Notes: a model not told the origin generated them from the sequence alone. 64,000 nt of DNA from Octopus vulgaris (GCA_951406725.2 OX597824.1:85126001-85190000), one strand, 5' to 3'; counted from the stretch's first letter, positions 48,585 through 63,850 are shown. Made by a program: numbers and translations.

Positions 48585-48728
48585 TATATATACGACGGGT
48601 TTCTTTCAGTTTCCGCCTACCAAATCTGAGGCTATAGTAGACGACACTTGACCAAGGTGTCATGCAGTGGGACTGAACCCGGAACCCTGTAGCTGAAAAG
48701 CAAGCTTCTTACCACACAGCCACGCCTA
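48325..48728 (-). mobile_element. tRNA-derived SINE family B
   Basis: Reverse complement of the 28121 family. Confidence 0.8.
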
Positions 48729-48936
48729 CATATATATGTATATGTGTATGCGTATATATATACTCTTTATCTTTATCTTTTACTAGTCTCAACTCGAAAG
48801 GTGTAACCATGCTGTTGCATCATATATATTTATATGTATGTCGCGTGTATGTGTGCATATATGTATGTGTATATACATATATATATATCCCTTACTATTT
48901 ACAAATACATACATACATACATACATACATTCATAC

Positions 48937-48987
<51 letters not shown>

Positions 48988-49197
48988 GTATTTATATGGT
49001 TGTGTTTGTCCTCCCACCATCGTTTGACAACCGACGTTGGTGTGTTTACGTCCGCGTTTCTTAGCGGTTCGGCAAAAGATACCGATATAATAAGTACTAG
49101 AGTTATAAAGAATAAGTCCTGGAGTCGATCTGTTCGACAATATATGGTGCTCCAGCATGGCCGCAAGCAAATGACTGAAACAAGTAAAAGAATAAAA

Positions 49198-49237
<40 letters not shown>

Positions 49238-49259
49238 GTGACCTTTCAAAATGTGACTT

Positions 49260-49441
49260 CGTGTGTACCGTTGGCGATTTTTTTCCCTCTGTCTTCCCTT
49301 CTCTAGATCTTTCCTTCTCCTATGTTTCCGACGAAGAGCTCCGCTCGAAACGTTAAACCCTCCTTTCCTGAGCGCACAATAATACTATATTTGTTCCACG
49401 TCCTCGCGTTGTTGTGTTTTTTTTTGTGCTTTCTTGTTTGG

Positions 49442-49445
<4 letters not shown>
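49260..49445 (+). mobile_element. Short Penelope-like repeat with hammerhead-like motif at 49324..49358
   Basis: GTTT CCGACGA A GAGC-TCC-GCTC GAAA C GTT AAAC; related motifs at 9478 (+), 21663 (-) and 55064 (-). Confidence 0.6.
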
Positions 49446-49520
<75 letters not shown>

Positions 49521-49539
49521 CTATCTATCTATCTATCTA

Positions 49540-49604
<65 letters not shown>

Positions 49605-49962
49605 TAAGTCATTCTGTACTCTCACTGATTAAATATCTCGCTTAGTTGAACTAAAACTGTTCTACCTAGATTCGTGTGTGTCTATCGGCTACAGTGCTTC
49701 GCAAACAATGCACCACAGAGATTTCAAAATATGATTTAATGCTTTAAAGAGTCCATGTTAATGGTTGGTGTGCAATGACCTTAAAAACTATGTTTGTAAT
49801 ATTACCAATAGTGTAATAAAAGCATATAGGTTTAATGTTGAGCAACATTTTTGGATGTTTAAACTTTGATATATAGATATATGATCATTGTTATTGAAGT
49901 TGATGCTATATCATCATCATCATCATCATCATTATTATTATTATTATTATTATTATCATCAT

Positions 49963-50345
49963 AAGGCGGCGAGCTGGCAGAATCATTAGCACGCTGGGCG
50001 AAATGCTTAGCGGTATTTCGTCTGCTGTTACGTTCTGAATTCAAATTCTGCTGAGGTCGACTTTGCCTTTCATCCTTTCGGGTCGATAAATGAAAAAAAA
50101 AACAATTTGAGTACTGGGGTCGAAACAATCCCTTCCCCCAAAATTTCAGGCCATGTACTTATTATAAGGCAGCGAGATGGCAGAATCGTTAGCGAGCATT
50201 TAATCGGTCTTTACGTTCTGAGTTCAAATTCCGTCGAGGTCGACTTTCCTTTCATCCTTTCAGGGTCGGTAAATTAAGTGAAATACTCAGGTCGATGTAA
50301 TCAGCTGTCCACCTTCCCCCAAATTTCCAGGCCTTGTGTCTATAG
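49963..50345 (+). mobile_element. Two family A SINE units (cccccaaaatttcaggcc tail variant)
   Basis: Heads at ~49964 and ~50168. Confidence 0.75.
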
Positions 50346-51641
50346 TTGAAAGGATACTCACAACCTCACGATCGTAAGCTCGACTCTCTAACCACTGAAC
50401 CATGCGCCTTCACTTCTATATTTTCTATTTATATGTTGTATAATTGCTACTCATTGTTTCTATTTGAGTAATACACGTTGGTATGAAGTTATAGCACCTT
50501 CTACCTGTTGAAATTTTGTGCACACTTAATATACATTATCTCGCATGGATGAACGAAGATTATACTAACGAAGTTCATGTACGTCTCCTAGGTATGTGTG
50601 AGCACGCGCATGTGTGTGTATGTGCTCTGAAACACACACACACACACACACACACACAACGTCTGTATGTGTGGTGAACAACTTTTCTTCCAAGCACGTT
50701 ATAGAAAACGTAGCTGGTCTCATGTTTGATCATTTTTATTAAGGATTTTTTCGTAGTTCTTTTCCTTTCTCATTTAGCTTGAAACAATAACATATTTTAG
50801 GACTGTCTATTTCTTAAGTGTCTCAGTTTAATTTCCTGAATAAGATAGCCACAGCAAACGCCTCTAACAAATCCATCCTCTTGACGATAAGACCGAGAAG
50901 GCTTAGAGAGTTTTTGATGGCCATATAAACTTCATTACTCCAAACACTTTGAATACCAATGCGATACAAAAACATGTTTCTAAAGCAACACGAAGTGGCT
51001 CAATTGCCTATCTTTTCTTTTTACCTTTTACTTATTTCAGTTATTGTACTGCGGCCATGCTTCAGAACTTCCTTGAAGAGTTTAGTCGAACAAACCAACC
51101 CCAGTACATATCGCTAAAGTCTAATACTTATTTTACTTGTTTCTTGGGACGAACCGCTAGCTTACGGGACACAAACAAACCAACACCAGTTACCAAGCGG
51201 TGGTAGGCACAAACACAAATACAACCACAAAGACACTCAGAGACATATATGACAGGTTTCCTCATAGTTTCCGTCCTTCAAATTCACTCACAAGGTACTG
51301 GTCGGCCCAGTGCTATAGTAGCAGACACTTGCCCAAGGTTACGGCGTAATGAGACTGAACACAAAGCCATGTTGTTGCAAAGCCAGTTTGATAACCTCAC
51401 AGCTATGGCTGCACATTCAGATACACGAAAGAAAACGGATCCAATAAAATAAAGACTTAAGATGTTTAGTAGTATGATCAGCTGATGAAACATATTTAAA
51501 AAAAGATTGAGAGTAAATAATTAAGTTCTAAGCAATTCAGTGTTGAAGTCTACGATACTTGCATTTCGACAAGTGTGATAAAAGCATATAGGTTTAATGT
51601 TGAGCTTTTATGGGAAACTGTATTATGGTAAGCAACGTGCG

Positions 51642-51720
<79 letters not shown>

Positions 51721-51779
51721 GGCGGTGCCCCAGCATGGCCACAGCTTATTAGCTGAAACGGGAAAAATCAAAAAATCAA

Positions 51780-51869
<90 letters not shown>

Positions 51870-52592
51870 TACATACATACATACATACGTATATATATGC
51901 ATGTATATATAAACATATAGATATAGATGCACACACATACATATATACATATATATATTACACACGTATATATTATATATATATATATACTTATACTTAT
52001 TTTACACACACACACACATGAGAGACTTGTTTTTCTCATTTAATCAATGAATTTAATTAATGGCGATGTAATTAAATACGACATGTTGTCTGGGAAATAT
52101 TACAGAGTGAGACGCGGGAGGCGTGAGAAAAGAAAGCGCGCACGTGAGGGGAAGAGCGAGATAAAGAGATAGATTGAGAGAGAGATACACTGAGAAAGAG
52201 AGATAGAGAGACAGAGACGTAGATAGATAGATAGATACAGATAGAGAGAGGGAGAGAAAGAAAGAGAGAGAGTTGAAGTTGCCAAGAGTAGACATCTGTG
52301 GTGAGGGGTGAGAGAGAAGGTGATGGTAACTAAAATAAGATGCCATAAGTGTATGTATGTATGTATGTATGTATGTATGTATGTATGTATGTATGTATGT
52401 ATGTATGTATGTATGTATGTATGTATGTATGTATGTATGTATGTATGTATGTATGTATGTATGTATGTATGTATGTGTATATATATATATATGGGTAGCC
52501 TTCGACTTTTTCTAACCAAAAAAGATTTTTCAACCTAATATTTACATGGTATTATTTATAGAATTATAGAAAAATTCCAAAATAGCATCGTA

Positions 52593-52671
<79 letters not shown>

Positions 52672-52679
52672 TACTTCTG

Positions 52680-53020
52680 TTGCTTGTTTCAGTCATTTGC
52701 CTGTGGCCATGCTGGAGCACCGCTTTAAGTGGTTTTCAGTCGCAGAAATCGACCCCAGGACTTATTCTTTATAAGCTTAGTACTTATTCTATCGAACTCT
52801 TTTGCCGAACCGCTAAATTTATGGGGACGTATATACACCAACATCGGTTGTGAAGTGATGGTTGGGGGGACAAACACAGGCACAAAGACACACACACATA
52901 AATATATACACGTATTTATACAAAGGGCTTCTTTCAGTTTCCGTCTACCAAATCCACTCACAAGGTTTTGGTCGGTTTTGGTGGTTGGGGAGGGTCCTAC
53001 CACGCAGCCACGCCTGCGCC
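52680..53020 (-). mobile_element. tRNA-derived SINE family B
   Basis: Reverse complement of the 28121 family, internally deleted. Confidence 0.75.
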
Positions 53021-53070
53021 GATATATTTATGTAATATATGTATATATATATATATATATTCTCAGTCTG

Positions 53071-53478
<408 letters not shown>

Positions 53479-53521
53479 CATACATACATACATACCCACA
53501 CAAACACACATATATATATAA

Positions 53522-53602
<81 letters not shown>

Positions 53603-54388
53603 TGAAGGTGAGTTATCTCGCCTGTCTATGACTCTGGTGTTTTAACACCCAGCGTTTTGGAAGAGTATATATTTTATCACCCCGAAAGCCGCCCACCGGC
53701 AAATACATGGAGCATATATCTTAATTATATGTGGTTTATTAAATTTATTATGCTAGAGCTGTTTCTATTTATATTTAAACACACACACACACGCACACAC
53801 ACATACACACACACACATATATATATATATAAGACAAGATATTAATAATGGCCATTACATATTTTACTTGGCCATTATGACCATTATTTATGCCTTGTCT
53901 TAGATATCACTCTCTGTGTAAAAACAAGTTTAACTGTAGGGCAGCACGGATTTACAATAAAGAATTGCGATGAGCCATAAACTACGACCTCGCGATAAGA
54001 ATACTGGGACTTCTTCATTAATCTAAGCAATATTGTTAGCCTGCTGTGCCAACAGAGAGCTTATGAAGTATTTTGTCCGGATAGATAATCCCTCACTATT
54101 AATTCTGTTTTATACACACACAGACACGTACACACACATACACGCACGCGCGCGCACACACAAACACACACGCACACATATATATGTACATACACATCCA
54201 TGTATATACAATATATGTATGTATATTTAAATTTGAGATATGAACTCTCTCATGCACCAAATAGCAGTTGCTAGAAAGCCTCCATGAAGTGAAACCAAGT
54301 AGCAACACCAAATGGCGGTGCCCCAGCATGGCCACAGCTCATAAGCTGAAACTAGAATCAATCAATCAATCAATCAAAGCAGTTCTAG

Positions 54389-54513
<125 letters not shown>

Positions 54514-54594
54514 GGATAATAATAATAATGATGATAATAATAATAATAGTAATAATAATAATGATAACAATTATGACAAGATATATATTTGTGT

Positions 54595-54678
<84 letters not shown>

Positions 54679-54732
54679 TTCGTTTTTGGATTTGGTTTGC
54701 AAGATTCTTTATATGAGTTCGTGTGTTGAAGC

Positions 54733-54924
54733 ATATTCTGTTGTGTCTGGGGAGAGTCATTCTCTTTTAGTGCCTTATTATTTAACACACTCACTGGTAA
54801 AATTTCCACTTATTTCTTATTTTTTATTTTCTAAAAATAAGAAATAAGTGGAAATTTTACCGGTGAGTGTGTTAAATAATAAGGCACTAAAAGAGAATGA
54901 CTCTCCCCAGACACAACAGAATAT
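54733..54924. repeat. Near-perfect inverted repeat (~90-bp arms) of a dispersed element
   Basis: atattctgttgtgtctggggagagtc..cttattt versus aaataagaaataag..gacacaacagaatat; single partial copy at 26190..26276. Confidence 0.85.
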
Positions 54925-55646
54925 ATATATATATATAGATAAACATTTATCACAAATGAAATATAAAAACAAAATTGAATATAAAAACAACAACGAAATT
55001 TCATGTGACATTCCTTGTTGACGCGTTCCTAGTTTATACAAAAAAGGAAAGCTATAGGGTAAAGTTTAACGTTTCGGGTATAGTCCTTTGTCAGACACTA
55101 CAGGAATATCCAGGGAGAGACAAAGAGTAGCGAAGAGGAGAGAAGAAAAGAGAGAAGAGGGCTGGGAAAGTAATACACGTGGGTTAAGTTCACATGTTCA
55201 ACCTCTGACTAACCTGAAGCGTGAGAGCCAAGTGTAGTTTTTAATGGCGAGTATGTATGTATGAGTGTGCGTATGCGTTATGCGTGAGAGTACGTGTGTA
55301 TGTATGAGCATATATTTTTGGGTATGTGTGTATTTTCGGTTAGTGAAATTAGCAGTGTATGTATGTGTGTGTGTGTGTGTGTGTATACGTGTTTGTGTGT
55401 GAGTGTATGTTTGTTTGTGTGAACGTGTACATGCGCGTGTGTGTGACTCATTATCTAGCATAGGTGAAATGTGTGTGTGTGTGTGTGTGTGTTGCCTGTG
55501 TGCCTCTGTGTGTGTATGTGTGTGCGTGTGTTTGTATGTGAGTGTATGTATGTACGTGTACATGTGCGCGTGTGTGTGTGTTTGTGTGTGAGTGTATGTA
55601 TGTGTACATGTGCGTGTGTGCAATTCAGTGTGTAGCATAGGTAAGG

Positions 55647-55683
<37 letters not shown>

Positions 55684-56474
55684 GTGTGTGTGTGCATGTG
55701 TATGTGTATGAAAGGGGAAAAAGAAAGAAAACAACCTGTTGAAGGTAATTAATGTAGATAGTTATATATTCATATAAATTGTTAAGTAGAACGAAATGTT
55801 GGGCGGTGATTGTAATCGGAGGAGGATGGCCTCCATTTCATCATGATGAGGAAAACAGAATGGCTTAATATATTTCTGCAACAAATACAAGAGATTAAGC
55901 TGTTGATATCTCTGTATATTATCGAAATTTTAACATTTCAGCAACTTTCACACTGTATAAATGTATCTAATAAAAATTCCTTTCTCCACCTTAAACATCC
56001 GACATGAGAGCGTACTGAGCTATAAATATTTCAGAAAACCTTGTTTGTCATGTGTCTGAGTAAACGCTTTGATGCTTCCTTCCAGAGGGATTTATCTTTC
56101 GTGTAGTTTATAGTGGAAGAGGGTTCGCCTACCTATGCATGTGAAGAGTGGCTCCGGCAGACTCGGCAGAAGAAATCTTCATGTTTTGGCCTCAGGAATG
56201 GTGGTTGCAACTATGCACAGTGGAGTGTAGAGAGCAAAATGAGACGAGTAAGACATGTTGGTCGTCTACTGCATCCGTCTCCATCCCAAGACGTCTTGAC
56301 CATGTCTTGCTACTGGATTAAAGATGGTCACGGACGAGAGAATAAAGCTGACTGCGCGAAATTCTTCACTTTCAACAAAGTCACCACGCAAGTCATCAGT
56401 CATCCTTAAGAATGACTAGATGGTCCTCGTCACTCGAACGGACGAATATAGAGGAGAGAGAAGCAGCCATTACC

Positions 56475-56888
56475 TATTTCTTTACTACCCACAAGGAGCT
56501 AAACACAGAAGGGACACACAAGGACAGACAAACGGTTTAAGTCGATTACGTCGACCCCAGTGCGTAACTGGTACTTATTTAATCGACCCCGAAAGGATGA
56601 AAGGCAAAGTCGATCTCGACGGAATTTGAACTCAGAACGTAGCAGCAGACAAAATACCTATTTCTTTACTACCCACAAGGGGCTAAACACAGAGGGGACA
56701 AACAAGGAAAGACAAACGGATTAAGTCGATTATATCGACCCCAGTGCGTAACTGGTACTTATTTAATCGACCCCGAAATGATGAAAGGCAAAGTCGACCT
56801 CGGCGGAATTTGAACTCAGAACGTGGCAGCAGTCGAAATACCGCTAAGCATTTCGCCCAGCGTGCTAACGATTCTGCCAGCTCGCCGC
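56475..56888 (-). mobile_element. SINE family A head-to-tail dimer with 17-bp TSD
   Basis: Flanked by agaagcagccattacct. Confidence 0.88.
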
Positions 56889-57879
56889 AGAAGCAGCCAT
56901 TACCTTTAAGTAACTTACAGAATGTAATAAAGCTTTTTCTCACCGTCAAACCACTCACAGGATGTACTAGTATGTTTATTTACCCAACAGCCAGCCTGAA
57001 TTTTCAGGTCATAACAATGATTGTACTCAAGCAAAGCCATGGCTTCTACATACCAAGTGGTTATACACATGACCCAACTCACCTTACAAGCTATACTAAT
57101 TAGTTTCAAGGAAACTTTATATAATCACTTGATCTGCTAAACATAAAAGCTAAATCTCCATAAAATTGCATCCTTTCATCTTAAAAAGAAAATTAAAAAA
57201 AGAAAGAAAAAAAACAATAGTTTGGAGGATATAGTTCTAGTGGATGAATGTTTGAAAAAATATATATCGTAAGCCTTCTCGATCAGAACTAAAGCTGAAA
57301 CGAAACAACCCAAACGAGTTCGTTTGCTTTCATTATATAGTAAAACTTCAGTTCTCCTACAGCAATACTGAAAATTCTATTCGTCTACAAGTCACACAAA
57401 ACTTAACAATAACAGCTTCATAACAATTTCATAACAAATTTCGGATCCCTCTAGCCAACGGAGAAACTTGTGTTTGCTTAACGTGCTAGAAATACAAATC
57501 AAATCTCCCTTGACTTATCCATCGTCTTACGAAAGAGAGGACACACTGGATAATGCAATCCAAGATATCTTGTTAAAAGGACAGGATGGCCTTACTTGAA
57601 GTGTCTTTGAGCCCTGATAAATCGATATTTCGTTAGCATGCGATGCTAACGAAATTAACTGATCTTTCAGTGAAATGTAGCCGTAGTCATGATAAACTTA
57701 CACAAGACATATTTCATGGCAATAAAATTTTCAGGTGACCCACAATCACCCACTGAGTTATGCGCTATTACTTTCAAATATCGAGTAAATAGCCAGAATT
57801 TAACACATTTTTTAATTCACTCTTTTTTGTATATCAAATTTCTAACATGTCAGCCAAGGCCTTGCTTTGGGTACATATA

Positions 57880-58141
57880 CAACGAAAACCGCTGAATGTA
57901 ATCACTTTGGGGACAAAGCTTTTCGATAACAATAATCAGCTGATGACATTAAGCAAATAATTTGTAATGTACCCATTTTGATAACAATAACCGATTGATA
58001 ATGTAATCCGACACTACTAGAAACAGCTTTCACTCTTTATTGACATATGAGTGATTGAGCAGAAAATTTAGAATCCACTAATTTTCATGACAATAATTGG
58101 CTTATAACATTATCCGTGATTATTATATGCGGCTTCCTCTG
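57880..58141. mobile_element. Old pogo/Tigger-type MITE
   Basis: TA|CAACGAAAACCGCTGAATGTAATCAC ... GTGATTATTATATGCGGCTTCCTCTG|TA imperfect TIRs with TA TSD. Confidence 0.55.
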
Positions 58142-58450
58142 TAATGACTGGCCAAAGATATGTTTCCTGCTTGAAAAATTAATAGGAGCTAAGATATTTG
58201 ATGAAGTAAACCAAGGAATTTTAACACCCGTTTCCTACTGCATTCTATATTCAATTAATTAATTAAAATATTTTGGCTAGCTACATCAAATACGCTAATC
58301 CTCACTTTGATAAATTGGTATAGATATCTCAGTCATCGAGTTCATAATTTTATACGTAAATAAGTGCCAAAGGTTTGAAAAACGATATCTTTGGTTAATA
58401 GAGCTGCTGTGAACGTGATTAGGTGGTTATAATATATAAGTCAGTTAGAA

Positions 58451-58665
58451 AGCGGAGAGCTGGTAGAATCGTTAACACGCCGGACAAAATGTTTAGCGGC
58501 ATTTCGTCCGTCTTTACGTTCTGAATTCAAATTCCGCTGACATCGACTTTGTCTTTCATCATTTCGGGACCGATAAAATAAGTACCAGTCGAGCACTTGT
58601 GTTCGATGTAATCCACTTACCTCCCCTCCGCATGCGCTGGCATTGCGCCAAAATTTGAAACCAAA
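58451..58665 (+). mobile_element. SINE family A (diverged)
   Basis: Head agcggagagctggtagaatcgttaac, core homologous. Confidence 0.7.
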
Positions 58666-58689
58666 CATGTTAGTGGTTTAGCTAGTTCT

Positions 58690-59035
58690 CTCCGTGCCAT
58701 GAGACACATAAGGCTGCAACACGATCTCTCCAACCGGCTCTGTTTTCTGCGATTGTTCTAGTCTCATTCCAGTTTTTCCGCCCTTCGTATCTTCTTTCCT
58801 TGTTAATGTCGCCAAGGGGTTTTAGGGCGCCTTGCTGCTCTTTTCCCCACTCAGGCTGTCACTTTAGTACCACCATGCAATCGCTTTCTCCGTCTTATCT
58901 GAGGATGTGTTCGATCCAGTTCAAGCGCCTGTGTCTTATTTCGTTCTTGATCCTGTTGATGTTCCTATTGTCGTCTCAATTGTGTCATTTTGGACTCTCT
59001 GCAGCCATTTGATGTCCAGTATTCTCCTTAAGCAT
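58690..59035 (-). mobile_element. RTE-type LINE 3' end remnant
   Basis: Minus translation CLRRILDIKWLQRVQN..EIRHRRLNWIEHILR..GRPKTPWR..NWNETRTIAENRAGWRDRVAALCVSWHGEN*. Confidence 0.75.
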
Positions 59036-60408
59036 GTGAATTGGGATATATTAGAGGTTTATAATTTGCTGTTTAGTAATTCGGAATTCGACACTCATAA
59101 AGAGAGATGTTTCATAGTCCGCCAAATAAATATCAGCTGCTGTTGTTGTTGAGTATAAATGAGATTAAAGGCGTTCTATTCATGATCACCAAGTCAACTT
59201 TTTAAAAGACATAATATATGATTCTTTGTAAGCATGGCTGCGTTGTAAAATGTTTATTGCCCAACCACTCGGTTTCGGGTTCAGTCCCACTGTGTGACAC
59301 TTCAGGCAAATGTCTTCTACTATAACCCCGAGCCGGCCAAAGCCTCGTGAGAAAATTTAGCACACAGAAACTGAAAGAAACCCATAGAATATGTATGTAC
59401 GTATACATTTATCAGAATGTATGTCTCTGTGTTTGCCTCTACAACTTGACAACAGTAGCTGGTTTGTTTACATCCCTGTAACTTAACAAGAACAGCTTCA
59501 TAACAATTTCATAACAAATTTCGGATCCCTCTAGCCAACAGTAAAACCTGTGTTTGCTTAACGTGCTAGAAATACAAATCAAATCTCCCTTGACTTGTCC
59601 ATCTTTTTAAGAAAGGCAAAAGGGACCGATAGACCAAACTTAAAAAAATAAAAGAAAAGTTCTGGGGTCAAATTATTCGAGTAAAACACTTCAAGGTGTT
59701 GCCCTAACATGGCCGCAGCCCAATGAATTAAACAAGTAAAAGAGAGAAAATACTTCCTTTGTAAGACAGTCGGGAGTAATTTGAGAATTTGAGGGACATT
59801 TAGCTGCTCTTTATTGCACGCCAATCAATCACGTTGAGGCCTCCGTCATTGGTTTGTAAATTAAATACCATTAATAAGCTCGAGACAATCGATAAACTAT
59901 CCACCCACCTTTTTCAAAATAAGTGCCCAACGCGTATCTACGAAAGAGCTTAGTCATTACAACAACAGTTAACTGAGAACAATTCACGCCATTTCCTGCA
60001 TAAGCTGGAGTGTTTAGTGAAAGCTAGTTTGGAGAGTATGTGTGTACTTTTATATCAATCAATTGTCTGGTCAGTAAGGAGGACACAACTTTCAAAATGC
60101 TACATCTATTAAAAAAGCACTTCCGCAGTATTAATTATGAACAGAGTTGGTCAGATAGAAGCATACCTAGTGGCAGAGTTCACTTCCGGTCAACAATGCT
60201 ATTTCGGGAAAGAGGTACTTTGTGATTTTCTTCGTCCATGTTAGTTTGTCAAATGTTAAACAAAAAAAATTATATTCCACTAAATAAAACAGAGCGAACC
60301 AATAGTATTTAATAGTGAGCGAAGCCGCCTACGATTAGATCCTCCTGCTCGTCGTCGTCACCATCATCATTGTCATCGTCACCGCCACCATATTTTCTTT
60401 AAAGCAAT

Positions 60409-60845
60409 ACTCTTTTACTCTTTTACTTGTTTCAGTCATTTGACTGCGGCCATGCTGGAGCACCGCCTTTAATCGAGCAACTCGACCCGGGACTTATTCT
60501 TTGTAAGCCCAGTGCTTATTCTATCGGTCTCTTTTGCTGAACCGCTAAGTGACGGGGACATAAACACACCAGCATCGGTTGTCAAGCGATGTTGGGGGCA
60601 CAAACACAGACATACAAACATACACGCATACACACACACATACACACACACATATATATATAAATATATATATACATATATACGACGGGCTTCTTTCAGT
60701 TTCCGTCTACCAAATCCACTCACAAGGCTTTGGTCGGCCCGAGGCTATAGTAGAAGACACTTGCTCAAGATGCCACGCAGTGGGACTGAACCCGGAACTA
60801 TGTTGTTGGTAAACAAGCTACTTACCACACAGCCACTCCTGCACC
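60409..60845 (-). mobile_element. tRNA-derived SINE family B, full length
   Basis: Reverse complement of 28121..28540. Confidence 0.85.
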
Positions 60846-61417
60846 TTTCAACCTTTTTCTTTCTCATTATTATCATCGTTTTTTATTATTTGAACCTTTT
60901 CCCTCATCCAGCCATTTTTCATTAGATTTAAAATTATAAAATGTATTTACAACATATCAGCCACATAATGAGTGGAAAACATCGTATGGCTGAGGTAACC
61001 TAAGTGACGATAAGAATCAGGAAAAAAACTAAAAACTAAACACAAAAGAAAAAAAACTAACAAACAAAGCAAAACAAAAACCAACAACGGTAAAGACTGA
61101 AAACTTCCAGATGCCCTTTGCGTATCAGTACCATCGAATAAATGGATATGTTAAACGAAGCTGTCTATACCTTAGCGCTGCATAGTCTGCTAGCGAAGTC
61201 TGAACTAAAAATTCCAGACTGTTGTGTTTCTATGAGAGGTCGTAATTTCCTGCTGGTTGAGCAATTATAGTTCATATGATTTTAAATATATATATTAGAA
61301 GGTTTGCAGGTGATGTACATGTATTATATATTAGAAGGAATAAGGTACTCAGAAATCTGGATGGTTTTATATTTACAGATTTTTATTAATATGTCAGATA
61401 TTTTTTTTATTATATGA

Positions 61418-61691
61418 CTAGCAGTATCGCCCGGCGTTGCTCGGGTTTGTAAGGGAAATAACTATATAAGCATTTTTAGAGAGTTATAGCCAAAAAATAG
61501 CAAAAAATGCATTAAAAATGGAAAAAAATGATGGTAAATTTTTTTTTAAATCGTTGACTCATCGTAGACATTTTTAGAGAGTTACTTCCCTTATATAATA
61601 TCAAAAAAATGCATTAAAATGGAAAAAAAAATGAAGGTAAATTTTTTTAATATCGTAGACTCATCGTAGACGCGCGCTAATACACAGAAGG
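61418..61691 (-). mobile_element. Non-autonomous Helitron, 3' part
   Basis: Reverse complement of 30370..30642, including hairpin and CTAG end; another Helitron-like 3' end at ~61880..61910. Confidence 0.75.
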
Positions 61692-61811
61692 TGGGTGGTG
61701 GCGATCCCTGCTGTACTCTTTCGCCGCAACTTTCTCTCACTCTTTCTTCTGTTGGCCTGCTCGCTTAGCCAGCGGGGTGGCGTCATTCAAAGGCTAAAAC
61801 AATGCGACCAG

Positions 61812-61871
<60 letters not shown>

Positions 61872-62426
61872 CATACATACTAGCAATGCACCCCGGCGTT
61901 GCCCGTGTGTTATGACCTATATATATACATTGTATTATTTGTTCCTTTCTTATGGGCAGAATCAGCACACGAGGAGTATGAAGCAAACAACTCTTCTTTA
62001 TAAACATGTTTTTCGGTCATTTTCTGATGAACAACACTGCAGTTTCCGTCTACCCAAATTCAGTCCCAAGTCTGTAGTTGGCCTAGGGCTATAGTAGGAA
62101 ACACTTGCCCAAGGTACCACGCAGTAGTTGATATGGTTGGGAAGTAAACCAGACAATCATTCTTGCACCTAATATGTGTTTGTGTTTACATTTGTTTACA
62201 TATGCTATATAGTTGATGTTGCATGCCCCTTTGACCCACAGATAGTTAAGAAGGAAGGCAAAAAGATAGATAAATTCTTATATACACAAGCTGACATATG
62301 ACCAACGCTGAACCCCTTATTCGCAAAATCACCGAACCTGGAACTTAACTATGGTCTATCTATAGCACTTATTCAGCATTACCTGACACCTTTGGGTCTC
62401 AATGACACCATTACCTCTTATAATCT

Positions 62427-62738
62427 AAATACAACTCTCTTAAGTACGAAATAACCCTGCTATGGAAAATGAAGAAGGTGAAGCTAGTGTCAATTATCGT
62501 TGGGTCCTTGGGAATAGTATCAGAAGGCATCAAAAGGAATATAAAGGTAAATTGGAATGGAGTTTTCAGTAGAAATGTTACAAAAGGTTTGCCTCTTTGG
62601 CACGACCAGAATAATCAGGAAAGTATTAGATAGCTGAAAAGAAGGGATAACATGGTACCGTAGGCTGCATGTAGCAAGCCCGCTACGCATGTAAGACCCT
62701 AGGAGCTCCAACAAAACCTGTGATAAAGAGAAATAATA
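62427..62738 (+). mobile_element. R4/Dong-type (restriction-like endonuclease) non-LTR retrotransposon 3' fragment
   Basis: KYNSLKYEITLLWKMKKVKLVSIIVGSLGIVSEGIKRNI/IGMEFSVEMLQKVCLFGTTRIIRKVLDS* (cf. KY.DL..E..LW..V.PIVVGALG..QK..LLGTARILR.VL), then short 3' UTR and aataata tail. Confidence 0.75.
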
Positions 62739-63116
62739 TACCAAATGTCAGAAATTACAGCAAATGTAACGGAAGAAGTAAAACCAAGTATGGCTTCGTG
62801 AGCAAAAGCGTGTTTTCTGGCTGGTAACAGTGGATTAGAATGGCGTTGTTGCTACTTATGGTGGTCAGCGTATTGATGGTAGAGGTAGTGGTGGTAGTGG
62901 TGACAGGTTCATGTGGGGGTGGGGTGGGGGTGGCAGAGGTGACAGTGTGAGTGAGGTGGTCGCAAAGGAAGATCTTGTTTGAAGAGTTGCTCCTTCTTGT
63001 CTGAATATTAATGACCAAGCACCACGAGGTTCGGCAGTAAAATTGTAATTAGAGACATTGGTGGCGGGAATAATCTTTAAATATGCCATGCAAATGTTTG
63101 ATATATATATATATGT

Positions 63117-63173
<57 letters not shown>

Positions 63174-63174
63174 C

Positions 63175-63205
<31 letters not shown>

Positions 63206-63583
63206 AATGTATGTATATATATTAGTCTTATGTGCGTCGTTTGTACGTCGGTATGTACTTGTATAAAATGTTCGATACACACGTTTCTCGAACACAGATA
63301 TACATATTTTTGATTTATGATGACGCGTGCGCGCACACACACACACGCACAAACACACACACTTACGTTACACTGATGCGTACACTGATATACACATGTA
63401 CACGCAGAAATACAAGAGAAGAGGTACGAGAAAAATGGAATAGAGTGAAACCGGATTCGAGATCTCTTTCTCTCTCTCTTCCTCTCGCTCTCTCTTTCTC
63501 TCTTCCTCTCGGTCTCTCTCTTTCTCTCTTTCTCTCGCTCTCTCTCTTTCTCTCATCCTCTCGCTCTTTCTCTCTCTCCCCCC

Positions 63584-63615
<32 letters not shown>

Positions 63616-63639
63616 GTTGTATGTATGTGTGTATATATA

Positions 63640-63691
<52 letters not shown>

Positions 63692-63850
63692 CATATATAT
63701 ATAAATATAGACATAACATAGATATAAATATTGATATAACGTATGTATATGCATGTGTGTGTGTGTTTGTGTGTGTGTGTGAGAGAGAGAGCGTAGGAGG
63801 AGTAGAGTAGGAGTGAAAGAAGGAGAGAGAGGGTTGAGAGAAAGTCAGAG

